Shown here one piece after another: positions 21,444 through 31,925 of a stretch of DNA of 64,000 bases. This DNA comes from an uncultured Planctomycetota bacterium (GTDB lineage Bacteria > Planctomycetota > Planctomycetia > Isosphaerales > Isosphaeraceae), in the NCBI GenBank assembly GCA_963823665.1, contig CAWGMQ010000012.1, positions 64,001 through 128,000 on the forward strand. The letters run 5' to 3'. Below the pieces are notes generated by a model. The model worked only from the letters and a program-made list of their open reading frames with translations, was not told the origin of the DNA and ran no database searches. Each line of letters starts with the position of its first letter. The stretch's first letter is position 1. The position numbers and the translations under genes are program-made.

Positions 21444-24400
21444 GGCTCACCTCCAGCATCATCGGCCGCTCGGTCACCGATTGGGTGTGGCCGTTTGTTC
21501 GCAAATGGCCCGGGTAACGCTCTTGCCACCACGCTTCGAGCGAGATCGGGTCCGGCCGCGCCGCAACGGCTGGATTCTGCTCCGCGAGCACCCGGCGGTA
21601 ATCAAGCGGCATGACCTTGACGAAGGCTCTCACCGCAAGCTCCCAGTCCTTGAGCAGCCGCATGGCGACCGTGCTCCCGGTGCACACGGCATGCTGGGTC
21701 AGCAGGTCGCGCACCAGCTCGATGTCGTCCGCCTTGGCCAGCGGCTCGAGATCGACCATTTCCAGATTGCAGCGCCGGGGGAAGTCGTGCGATTCATCGA
21801 GCACGAACGCTCGGCCGCCGCTCATCCCCGCCGCGAAATTGCGGCCCGTCGGTCCGATCACCAGAACCACGCCACCGGTCATGTACTCACAGCAGTGGTC
21901 GCCCGCGCCTTCAACAACAGCCAGGATTCCGCTATTCCGCACTGCGAACCGCTCGCCGGCCCGGCCGCGGAAAAAGGCCCGGCCTGCCGTCCCGCCATAG
22001 AGCGCCACGTTGCCGATCAACACGTTCTTCTCCGGGACAAACCGCGAGCACTTGGGCGGATACACAATGATCCTCCCGCCCGAGAGCCCCTTGCCGATGT
22101 AGTCATTCGCGTCACCCTCCAGCGTCAGCGTGATCCCTCGCGGCAAGAACGCGCCAAAGCTCTGACCGGCTGTGCCGTTGAACTTGAGCGAGATCGTGCC
22201 GTCCGGAAGCCCCTCGCCACCGTGCCGGCGCGTCAACTCGCTTCCCAGGATCGTGCCGACCGTGCGGTGGATGTTCCGGATCGGATACTCGCGTACCACC
22301 GGCTCGCCCCGCTCCAGGGCCGGCATGCAGTCGGGCACCAAAGTGGTCCGGTCGAGCGTTGACTCAAGCCCGTGGTCCTGTGCAATCATTCGCCGGCATG
22401 CAGCTCCGGGCACATCGGGACGAAGCAAGATCTTGCTGAAGTCGAGCCCCTTGGCCTTGTAATGGTCCAGCGCCCGCCGCATCTCCAGCAAGTCGCAGCG
22501 CCCCACCAGCTCGTCGAACTTGCGGAAGCCCAGCCGCGCCATCAGCTCGCGCACTTCCTGGGCGATGAACTCGAAGAAGCGGACGACATGCTCGGCCTTG
22601 CCGCGGAATTTCTCACGCAGCTCCGGGTTCTGGGTGGCGATTCCCACCGGGCACGTATCGAGGTGGCACACTCGCATCAGGATGCACCCCATCACGACCA
22701 GCGGCGCGGTCGCGAACCCGAACTCCTCGGCACCCAGGAGCCCGGCGATCACCACGTCGCGTCCTGTCTTCAACTGGCCGTCGGTCTGCACGATGATCCG
22801 GTCGCGCAATTTGTTGAGCATCAGCGTTTGCTGTGTTTCGGCCAGCCCCAGCTCCCAGGGAATTCCGGCATGCTTGAGCGAGGTTAGCGGGCTGGCGCCA
22901 GTGCCGCCGTCGTGGCCGCTGATCAGCACCACGTCGCTGTGCGCCTTGGCCACCCCCGCCGCCACCGTTCCCACACCCGTCTCGGCCACCAGCTTCACGC
23001 TGATTCGCGCCTGCGGATTGCTGTTCTTCAGGTCGAAAATCAACTGCGCCAGGTCTTCGATCGAGTAAATATCATGGTGCGGCGGCGGGCTGATCAGGCC
23101 CACGCCCGGTGTCGAGTAGCGCACCTTGGCGATCCACGGCCACACCTTCTTGCCGGGAAGCTGGCCCCCTTCCCCGGGCTTGGCCCCTTGCGCCATTTTG
23201 ATCTGAAGTTCGTCGGCGCTCACCAGATACGCACTCGTCACGCCGAACCGCCCTGATGCCACTTGCTTGATCTTGCTGCGGCGATTGTCGAGATACCGCG
23301 CAGGGTCTTCGCCCCCCTCGCCCGTATTCGACTTGCCGCCGATCTGGTTCATGGCGATCGCCAGAGTCTCGTGCGCCTCGGCCGAGATCGAGCCGTAGCT
23401 CATGGCGCCGGTGGCGAACCGCTTCATGATCTCCCGTGCGTCTTCCACCTCCGCGATCGGCACTGGTAGGGCTTTGTCGAGGTTGAACGCAAAGAGCCCC
23501 CGCAGCGTGCAGAGCCGCTCATTCTGTTCGTCAATCAGCGTCGTGTACTTCTTGAAGATGTCATACCGGCCCGCGGCAGTCGCGTGCTGCAGCCGGAAGA
23601 CCGTCTCGGGGTTGAACAGGTGATATTCGCCGTCGCGGCGCCACTGATACTGCCCGCCGTCGAGGAGCCCGGGCACCCGGGCTTCGCGATTCGCGAACGC
23701 GCGGTGGTGGTGATAAAGCGTCTCCTCGGCGATCTCATTGATGCCGGCGCCTCCCACTCGCGTGGCGGTCTTGTCGAAATAGCGCCGGACGAAATCCTCG
23801 TTGAGACCGATCGCCTCGAAGATCTGACCGCCGCGATAACAGTGAATGGTGCTGATGCCCATCTTGGACATCACCTTCACCACGCCTTTCTTGATCGCCT
23901 TGCGGTAGCGGTAGACGGCCTCGTCGTGGTCGATGCCGCTGATCTGCCCCTGCCGGATCATGTCGTCGAGCGTCTCGAACGCGACGTACGGATTGATCGT
24001 GCCCGCGCCATAACCCAGAAGGAGTGCGAAATGATGGACCTCGCGCACATCGCCGCATTCAATCACCAGCCCGGCCTTGGCGCGCAGCCCGCGGCGCACC
24101 ATCTCGTGATGCAGGCCCGAGCACGCCAGCAGCGATGGAATCGGTGCCATGTCCACAGTCACGCCGCGGTCCGAAAGCACGATCAGGCTGGCCCCCTGCT
24201 CGATCGCCTCGCAGGCCTGCTCGATCAGCGATTGCAAGGCCGAGGCCATTCCGGCGGCTCGCTCCGCCACCGGGAAAAGCATCTGGAGCGTCCGCGTCGT
24301 GAAGCCGCGCCAGTTCTTGAGCTGCTTCAGCCGCGCCAGCTCGTCATTGTCGAGGATCGGCGTCTCGAGCGCGATCTGCCGGCAGTTCTCCGGGCCGGGA

Positions 24401-26075
24401 TCGAGCAGGTTCGCTTCGGCACCGGCGCCGGTGAAGACCGAGGTCACCAGCTCTTCGCGAATCGCATCCAGCGGCGGGTTCGTCACCTGCGCGAAAAGCT
24501 GCTTGAAGTAGTTGAAAAGAGGCTGCGCCCGCTCGGAAAGAACCGCCAGCGGCGTATCCGTTCCCATCGAGCCGATCGCCTCTTCGCCATTCTCGCCCAT
24601 CGGGCCGACGATGTACTTGAGGTCTTCAATCGTGTATCCGAAGGCGATCTGGCGGTTCAGGAGCGTGTCGTGATCGGGCCCGGGCCCCCGTGGCGCCGCC
24701 GGCAGATCGGCCAGCGAGACCATGTTCTCCTTGAGCCACTGGCCGTACGGCTTGGCACCGCGCCACCCGGAGCTTGAGCTCCTCGTCGTCGATGATCCGC
24801 CCTTCCTCGAGATCGACCAGGAACATCTTGCCGGGCTCGAGCCGTCCCTTGGAGACGATCGATTCCGGCGCGATGTCGAGCGCTCCGACCTCCGAGGCCA
24901 TGATCACCCGGTCGTCGTCGGTCACGACATAGCGGCTGGGCCGCAGCCCGTTGCGGTCGAGCACGGCGCCGATCGAGCGGCCGTCGGTGAAGGCCACCGA
25001 GGCCGGCCCGTCCCACGGCTCCATCAGGCAGCTATGATAGCGGTAGAAGTCGCGCCTCTCCTGCGCCATCGTGTGGTTGTTTTCCCAGGCTTCGGGAATG
25101 AGCATCATCATCGCGTGCGCCAGGCTGTAGCCGGACCGCACCAGCAGCTCGACGGCATTGTCGAGGCAGGCCGAATCGGAAAGCCCCTCGCGGATGATCG
25201 GCTTGATCTTCTTCAAGTCGCCCGGCTCGTACAGGTCCGAGGCGAAGAGCGCCTCCCGGGCCCGCATCCAGTTGATGTTGCCCCGCAGCGTGTTGATTTC
25301 TCCGTTGTGCGAGATCATCCGGTAGGGATGCGCAAGCTGCCAGCTCGGAAACGTGTTGGTGGAGAAACCGCGAGTGAACCATGCACATCGCGCTGGAGAG
25401 CAGCGGGTCGCCCAGGTCGTCGGCGAAGTAATGGCCGAGCTGGGCGCTCGTGAGCATTCCCTTGTAGACCAGGGTCCGGCACGAAAGGCTGGAGAAATAA
25501 AAATACTTGTGATCGTCGAGCCCGGCCTTGCGCGACCTCGCTCTCGAATCGCTTGCGGATGACGTAGAGCTTGCGCTCGAACCTCTCGGCATGGTCGAAC
25601 CGCGGCCCGCGGCCCACGAAGGCATGCCACATCCGCGGCTCGACCGTCCGGGCGCTCTCTCCCAGGGATGATGAATCGGTCTCGATCCGCCGCCATCCCA
25701 GGAAGCTTTGCCCTTCCTGGGCCACCAGCTCCTGGAACAGCTCCTGCCCGCGCCGCTCGGCCGCCGGGTCACGCGAGCTGAAGAATGCGCCCACGCCGTA
25801 GCTTGCCGGGCTCCGGCAGCGCGATCGAGCAGCTGCTGACACCGCGAAACGAGGAAGTCGTGCGGAATCTGGATCAAGAGACCGGCGCCATCGCCCGTAT
25901 TATTTTCACATCCACATGCACCGCGGTGACTCATGTTCTCGAGCGCGGTGATGCCGTCACGCACGATCTGGTGCGATTTCCGCCCTTTCAAATTGACGAT
26001 GAACCCCACGGCGCAGCTGTCGTGTTCGTTGTTCGGGTCGTAGAGACCCTGGGCTGCGGGTAGGCCTGCATGCAT
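21436..26075 (-). CDS. gltB: Glutamate synthase large subunit, with about five frameshifts between ~24760 and ~25830
   Basis: [79 protein letters not shown] and GXGXG repeats. The N-terminal pieces alternate between frames. Confidence 0.93.
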
Positions 26076-26183
26076 GTCTTGGGGTCCTGCTTACCGGCAA
26101 AAATGGCCCGTGAGGAGGGTTTCGCACCCTGGCGCGGCTATCCACCGGAAGAAGAGCCGGCCACCGGTGCTTTTGATCGCGAC

Positions 26184-27107
26184 CTAGGTCGCCGTCACGC
26201 CGTTTGCCGTGACGTCTTGTCCGATCAAGAGTTCAAGAAACTTGGCGGCGGGGCGCTCGAGGCACGCCTGCCGCCGGTGGATGATGGCCAGCGGCCGCGT
26301 CAGGCGATCGCTCGGATCGAGCCCCTCGATCACGATCGCCTTGAGCGTCCCCGCCTTGACTTCGTGTGCCAGGGAGGGTTCCGGCAAGATGGAGATTCCG
26401 GTGGGCACTTCAATCGCACGTTTGATGGTTTCAATATTGTCGAATTCAAGAACAACGTTGACCGCCACATCGTGCCTGCGCAGGAAGCGGTCGATGGCCC
26501 TTCTGATCCCGAGCTCGGTGTCGAACGCGATGAACGGCTCGCCGTCAAGCTCGGACACGGGCACGCTCGTGCGGTTCGCCAGGCGATGTGCCGGGTCGAC
26601 CGCCAGGACCATCGTCTCTTCCCGCCACGTCCGCACCGTCAGCTCGGGCCACTTCTTGGGGTAGGAAAGCAAGCCCAGCTCGGCCTCGCCGGAGGTCACC
26701 CGCTCGACCACTCGCTTGGGATGAAGGTATTCCAGCCGCACACTGGCGTGGTTGTACCGCTCCTCGAAAGCCTTGACGTACTGGCTCATGCTGTGCAGAC
26801 CGGAGTAAATCGCGGCCACCCCCACCGTGCCGGCCACCGTTTCCAGATCGTCGAGCGCCTGCACCCGGTGCTCGAGCTCCTGGTACCGCTCGACCAGATC
26901 GCGGCAGCCGTCGTAGTACACCCTCCCCGCCTGTGTCAGAACCAGCGGGCGCTTCGAGCGATCGATCAGCTTCAGCCCCAGCCGCTCCTCTAGATGCTGG
27001 ACCGCCTGGCTCGCCGACGACTGAGAAATATCGTTCTCGACCGCCCCGCGCGAAAAGCTCGCCGTGCGCACCACATCGCAGAAGATTTTGAGGGATTCAA
27101 ACTGCAT
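26184..27107 (-). CDS. LysR family transcriptional regulator
   Basis: MQFESLKIFCDVVRTASFSRGA...SQSSASQAVQHLEERLGLKLIDRS HTH; substrate-binding domain (EFDNIETIKRAIE). It lies directly upstream of gltB. Confidence 0.93.
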   Translation of the reverse strand: MQFESLKIFCDVVRTASFSRGAVENDISQSSASQAVQHLEERLGLKLIDRSKRPLVLTQAGRVYYDGCRDLVERYQELEHRVQALDDLETVAGTVGVAAIYSGLHSMSQYVKAFEERYNHASVRLEYLHPKRVVERVTSGEAELGLLSYPKKWPELTVRTWREETMVLAVDPAHRLANRTSVPVSELDGEPFIAFDTELGIRRAIDRFLRRHDVAVNVVLEFDNIETIKRAIEVPTGISILPEPSLAHEVKAGTLKAIVIEGLDPSDRLTRPLAIIHRRQACLERPAAKFLELLIGQDVTANGVTAT

Positions 27108-27483
27108 CGGACTCTCAGTGCACGCCCATTGAGGCCCTTCGCTCCGCCAAGGGATTCGCCTTGCGCGGAGCGACACGACACAGCAATTATCGGCGTTTAT
27201 TTGATACTGCGCACAACCTCTTATCAAGAAAGCTAATACTAGTGACGGCCGGTTCGATGAGTCAAGAGGTTGCCCCGTAAAACTTTGCATAGGCCAAGTA
27301 CTCGCCGTCTCGTCGAGTCCGCCCAACTCTCGCCGCGGGAGATCAGATGATGATAAGGGCGCCCCCATCGCTTTGTTCGCGCCGGTCCGCTCGCGCAACT
27401 TGTCCGTTTTTTCCAGAAAGTTGTATGCCAACGCTACAATTCGCGCAGTAGTGAGATGGTACGAGGTTTCGGGAGGCTGACGG

Positions 27484-28893
27484 ATGAATCGAACATGCGG
27501 CGCCGCGGTCGCCCGGGGACTTGAGCGGCTCGTCGACCCGGGGACGGTCGCCGGGCTCTCCGAGCGCCAGGTGCTCGCGCGATTTGTCGAGCGGCGTGAC
27601 CCGGTCGCGTTCGAGGCGATCGTTGCCCGGCATGGCCCGATGGTCCTCTCCGTCTGCCGCCAGACTCTCCGCGACCCCAATGACATGGACGATGCGTTCC
27701 AGGCGACGTTTCTGGTCCTGGTCCAGAAAGCCGGCGGCCTCAAGCAGCCTGAGAGGCTCGCGGCCTGGCTCTACGGAGTAGCGCATCGGGTCGCGTCCCG
27801 AACGCGGAGGCGACGGCGGGCCGAAGGTCTCCCCGGCGAGCTCGAAGGAAGGCGTGTCGGGGAAGATCCGGCGCAAGCCGAAGACCTGGCGGTCGTCCAC
27901 GACGAGATCCAGCGCCTGCCCGAGAAATACCGGCTGCCGATCGTGTTGTGCTGCGTGAACGAGGAATCGCACGATGCAGCCGCTCAACAACTCGGCTGGC
28001 CACTTGGAACCGTGCACGGTCGCCTGGCGCGGGGCCGAGACCTTCTTCGCGGCAGACTCCTCCGCCGCGGAATGGTCATTCCCGAGGCGATCTCCCGCCA
28101 AGACGTCGCGGCGCGTCCAGCGCGAGAAAAAGCCGTGCCTGGCCCGTTGTTGCGGTCCACGCTCGCTCTCCTGGCCGGTCCAATCCCCAATCAACTTCAC
28201 CATCTCGTGAACGGAGCCCTTTCTACCATGTTCATCGAAAAACTGAGAACGGCCGGTCTGGTGCTCGCCGTTACAACTCTCGGCGTGGCGTCCGCGGCAA
28301 CGGCCCTGATGGCAGTCCAGGAGCCGGCGAAGAAAGCGGCCCAGCCAGCGGGCGACGTTGGTGCCCAGGCGCCGAACGCCGCGACGAAGATAGCTCGGCG
28401 CCAGCCCGCAAGTGATCCCTTCGCCGGCACCGCCGGTGCCGTTTTCACAGCCCCCGCCGCCACCGCCGTCGAAGAGGAACGCGCCGCCGAGGAAGCCGGC
28501 ACCTTGCGAGCGAAGGTCGAGCTTCTCGAGCTTGAAAACGACGGCCTCCGGACGCGAATCCAGCGAGGGTTGGCCTGGCTCGACGAGGTTGAACACCCCT
28601 TGCTGGGAGAGAGGCCTGCCCTCACCGAGGAGCAGTTCATAGAGGAGAGGAAAAGGGTGGAAGAAATGCGTGCACGCAAAACGGAACAGGTCGAAGGCTG
28701 GAACCGACTCTACTTGAAAAACGGCGTAGAAATCGCCCGGCTGAATTATTGGATCGCCAGGATCCCGCGATCGCTGGCGGAGGCGGAGCGTGATGATTCT
28801 GGCAAGACGCTCCACGATCTCATTCGCCGCATGGATCGACTGGAAGCCAAGGTGGATCGGCTCGCCGATTTGATTCGCACCGCCCGGCCGTGA
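27484..28893 (+). CDS. ECF sigma-70 factor with a TM helix and a coiled-coil C-terminal extension
   Basis: AFEAIVARHGPMVLSVCR...DDAFQATFLVL; LPEKYRLPIVLC...GTVHGRLARGR; TM AGLVLAVTTLGVASAATALMAV. Confidence 0.92.
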   Translation: MNRTCGAAVARGLERLVDPGTVAGLSERQVLARFVERRDPVAFEAIVARHGPMVLSVCRQTLRDPNDMDDAFQATFLVLVQKAGGLKQPERLAAWLYGVAHRVASRTRRRRRAEGLPGELEGRRVGEDPAQAEDLAVVHDEIQRLPEKYRLPIVLCCVNEESHDAAAQQLGWPLGTVHGRLARGRDLLRGRLLRRGMVIPEAISRQDVAARPAREKAVPGPLLRSTLALLAGPIPNQLHHLVNGALSTMFIEKLRTAGLVLAVTTLGVASAATALMAVQEPAKKAAQPAGDVGAQAPNAATKIARRQPASDPFAGTAGAVFTAPAATAVEEERAAEEAGTLRAKVELLELENDGLRTRIQRGLAWLDEVEHPLLGERPALTEEQFIEERKRVEEMRARKTEQVEGWNRLYLKNGVEIARLNYWIARIPRSLAEAERDDSGKTLHDLIRRMDRLEAKVDRLADLIRTARP

Positions 28894-28899
28894 AAGTCA

Positions 28900-28972
28900 G
28901 ACCCTCGACCTTACGTTTTCAGCCCCCGGAGGGGGGCGACCGCACGTAGCCAGGGTGCGTCAGCCCCTGGAA
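28900..28972 (+). repeat. REP-like palindromic element, family A (second copy)
   Basis: Near-identical to the reverse complement of 3509-3580. It sits between convergent genes. Confidence 0.8.
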
Positions 28973-30817
28973 CGATTCGCCCACCGAAACATCGGGTTCG
29001 TTCGGAAACACCCCGCGCCGGCGCTCAAACTCGTTCCTCGCCATGTCCCGTCGCCGCCGCCGTCTCTCCCGCCTGGAAACCGGCTCCGGCGCCCGAGGCG
29101 GCAAAACACAACCCTCTTCGCCCGAAGGCGCCCGTAGATCATCACCGCCGGCGTCCTCCTGGCAGTCTGTCTCGCCCCCTTCGTGTCGACCGGCCGCCAA
29201 AGCTTCGATCGGTGCGTTGCCCGCAGCCTCGCTTCGTTCGTCGTCCACGATTTCGTTTTGTATTTTTGTCGCGGGCTCTTTCTCTGTAAGGGTTAAGGGA
29301 ACGGAATCGCTCCGCCCAACCTGTCCGGATTCGGTGCCCGCGTCCTCGATTTCCGCCTTCGTGAGGCTCTGGCTCTGCACGGTGTGGCCCGGGCTCTGCT
29401 CCGCGTGGCACTGGCCCTGCCACTGGTCAGGTGTAGCAGGCACACTCCGTGTGCCGTCCGCCGAAGTTGCGGGTAGGGTGGCACTGTCTCCGCAAGTGCG
29501 GCTTGGATGGCCCTGGCTCTGCAAGTGTTCTGGCTTCGCGCCCGCACCATTCGGAATGCCATGGCTGTAGCTCCCGCCGCCAGCGCCCTGCGCACGAAAA
29601 TAAGGATCCTCACAAGGCTGCCGCCCGTTCCTCGCCTCCCAGCGAGCCAGTCCTGCCTCAAGGTCGCCGTCATAGCCCTGAGCATCGTGAATGGTCCCAT
29701 GCTCGTCGATCACAAACCGCTCATCGATCATACGCCCGCGTCGTGCTTGCTCTTTCAGTTTCTCGCGTTCCCGCCGGGCCTTCCCCCACCCTTCCGCCTC
29801 ATACCGTCGCGCCCTTTCAATCACCTCAATGTTCCGCACCACCAGTCGATTGGCATTCTCCCGATGGCGCTGAATCTGTGCCATCGTCTTGCGCTCCTCG
29901 TGGCTCGGGAGATTGCACTGAACCTCCTCGAGGAAGTCGGCGACTTCCCTCCGCTCGGCTTGGAGCCTCAGCAACCGGTCAATCGCTTTGTCGACGATCT
30001 CCAAGAGCGCCTTCCGCCCGGCCGCGGTATCGGCCGGAGTGATTGCCAGCCACTCGTCCCGGTCGAGCTCGCCCTCAAAATTCTCAACCTGATCATAATG
30101 GATCTCGCACCGAAGCTCGTGAAAAGCCGTCGCAAAATTCGGACTGATGGCGTGGCTCGCGAGGAACACCATGGCCACCTCGGGATCACAAATGGCATCG
30201 AGCGGCTGCTTGCCGAGCAGGCGAATGGCTGTGAGTTTCTGACACGAAAGCCAGCCCGATCCATCCTCGCTCTCGTTCTCGATCGGCTTCCTCAGCTCGA
30301 ATCACCAATCCAGCAGCCAGCCGCAGCCCTCGGGGGTTGATTCAAGCTCGCGCACGATCACCGCCGGCTGATCGGGGTCAACAGGCTCCCCCGAATCCGA
30401 GGTCCGCGGCTGCTTGTGCTCATAGTCTCGGGACGGAAAAAGCTGCCAGGGCCCGCGGCGGTCGAACAACAAGCGACGACCGAGCCCCGCGACTTCATTC
30501 CCCGTGCGAAGCGCATCGGCATCCGGGCGCGTCACAATATCGCACGTCAGCCGGACGGTCTCCAATCGGTTGGCCCGTTTGGCCTGTCAGCACGCCATCG
30601 CCGCCATCTCGGCCAGGCCTCCCTCGACCTCGTCTCGCGTCTGATACTTGGCTTTATAAGCATCGATCTTCGCCTGAAGCTCCGCCGGATCTTCCCCCGG
30701 CAAAACCGGCGTCTTCGCCGTGAGCCCATGCTTGATCGCGTTGAATCGCGAACCGTTGCGGGTCGAAGCTCGCTCATCGTTCATTCCAACAACCGCCGCA
30801 CCCTGCTGCTCACTCAT
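28919..30817 (-). pseudogene. Hypothetical protein of the RFNAxKHGL.A...LPGED type; one continuous frame interrupted by two in-frame TGA codons
   Basis: ORFs 30587-30964, 30302-30565 and 28919-30178 share one frame, broken only by TGA at 30589-30587 and 30304-30302. Confidence 0.7.
29405..29489 (+). repeat. REP-like element, family B (GTAG-CA-GGCACAC-TCC-GTGTGCC-GTCCGC) flanked by GTGGCACTG motifs
   Basis: The same core occurs at 51345 and 60751. Here it lies in frame inside a coding sequence (SADGTRSVPAT). Confidence 0.85.
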
Positions 30818-31651
30818 CGCATTACCATGACCCTCTCCGTCGCCCGAGCGTCCAGAAACCCCGCCCGCGATCGACCACGTAGTTAAAGAACGAGAGATAA
30901 ATATGTGCGGGCAGACCGTCGTCTTGGTAACCCCGGTGGCTCGCGCCGTTTTGCCGCCGGCCAAGCCCTGGACAATTCAAAGCGCGAGTCGCGTCCGCGT
31001 GCTCATTCTCTGTTCTTCTGTTCTCTAGTTTTGGCACGAATTGGTACCCAGTGGTACGAAAAACCAAGAACACCTCGCGCGCTTGCCATCCCCGGCCCAC
31101 GCCCCGACGCTATCCCTGATACGCAATCGACGGTCGACGGAACCGCACGACCCGCGGCCTGGTTCAAACGTAGCAAGGGCACGATCACACCCGCGACGGT
31201 TCGCCACACAAACGAGCCAAAAAACCGGCATGGACAAGTCATTGCAGTCCGCCACAACAGGGAATCGATCGACACCCGGACGCCCCAGCACGGACGACCG
31301 TCCTGGCTGACGCACGGTGCCCAATTTGCCCTGTCAATCTAATATATGGGACATTTCTACTGGAATAGCAAGATAACTCCATTTTTTAAGAAAATAATCC
31401 CGCGTTAGAACCGGCTCAATCCTCGCAATCCCACCAACTGTCAAATTCGCCAAGGCCTTCGCCCTGACTCCCGAGTAGCTCACGCGTCTAGCCCGACGCG
31501 AGCCACCCCCATCGCGTGAGACTCCGCCCGGCGCAAACCAAAAACGCCCCGCGACCGGTCCGCTACCGGACCATCCCCGGGGCGTAGCTCAAGAATCCCT
31601 GTCGTCGTCTAAACCAATCGCGACTCGGCCAGATCTGATCAGATCAACTCA

Positions 31652-31925
31652 TCTGCTCCGAAAACTTAGCGGCAGGGGTGCGGTGATGCCAAGGGAGTCT
31701 CCGTTCCCACCAAAAGATGGGAGAAGGGACAAATGACCGCTGGCCCCTCGCGATTTCCGCGGCTTCTTCTCGCCGCTAGGCTGTGTGGTCCTTCGGCTCG
31801 AGCGTGACGACGTAGCCCAAACTTTCCAGGCGCTTGACCAGATAGCGCCGAAACTGCTCGGCCTTGAGCTTGAGCTTGTCAAAGTAGTCAGGGCCCAAGT
31901 CGGTGTAGTGGACCTCCTTGAACCT
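31652..31925 (-). mobile_element. IS110-family remnant: transposase C-terminal tail plus downstream end
   Basis: The minus strand 31922-31776 reads FKEVHYTDLGPDYFDKLKLKAEQFRRYLVKRLESLGYVVTLEPKDHTA*, matching the Y.DLG.DYFD...LVKRLE.LGY.VTLEP tail of IS110 transposases. No catalytic domain remains. Confidence 0.75.

Noticed and set aside
24700..25850. Multiple frameshifts in gltB (also yhaM, M28, two ECFs, the giant gene and ASST) as programmed frameshifting or pseudogenes
   Set aside because: They are single-base indels, several in homopolymers or GC runs, clustered in otherwise intact conserved genes. Sequencing or assembly error is most likely; read inspection would settle it.
27108..27743. 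N-terminal extension of the LysR ORF to 27743
   Set aside because: It overlaps the divergent ECF gene. The LysR HTH begins at Met 27107.
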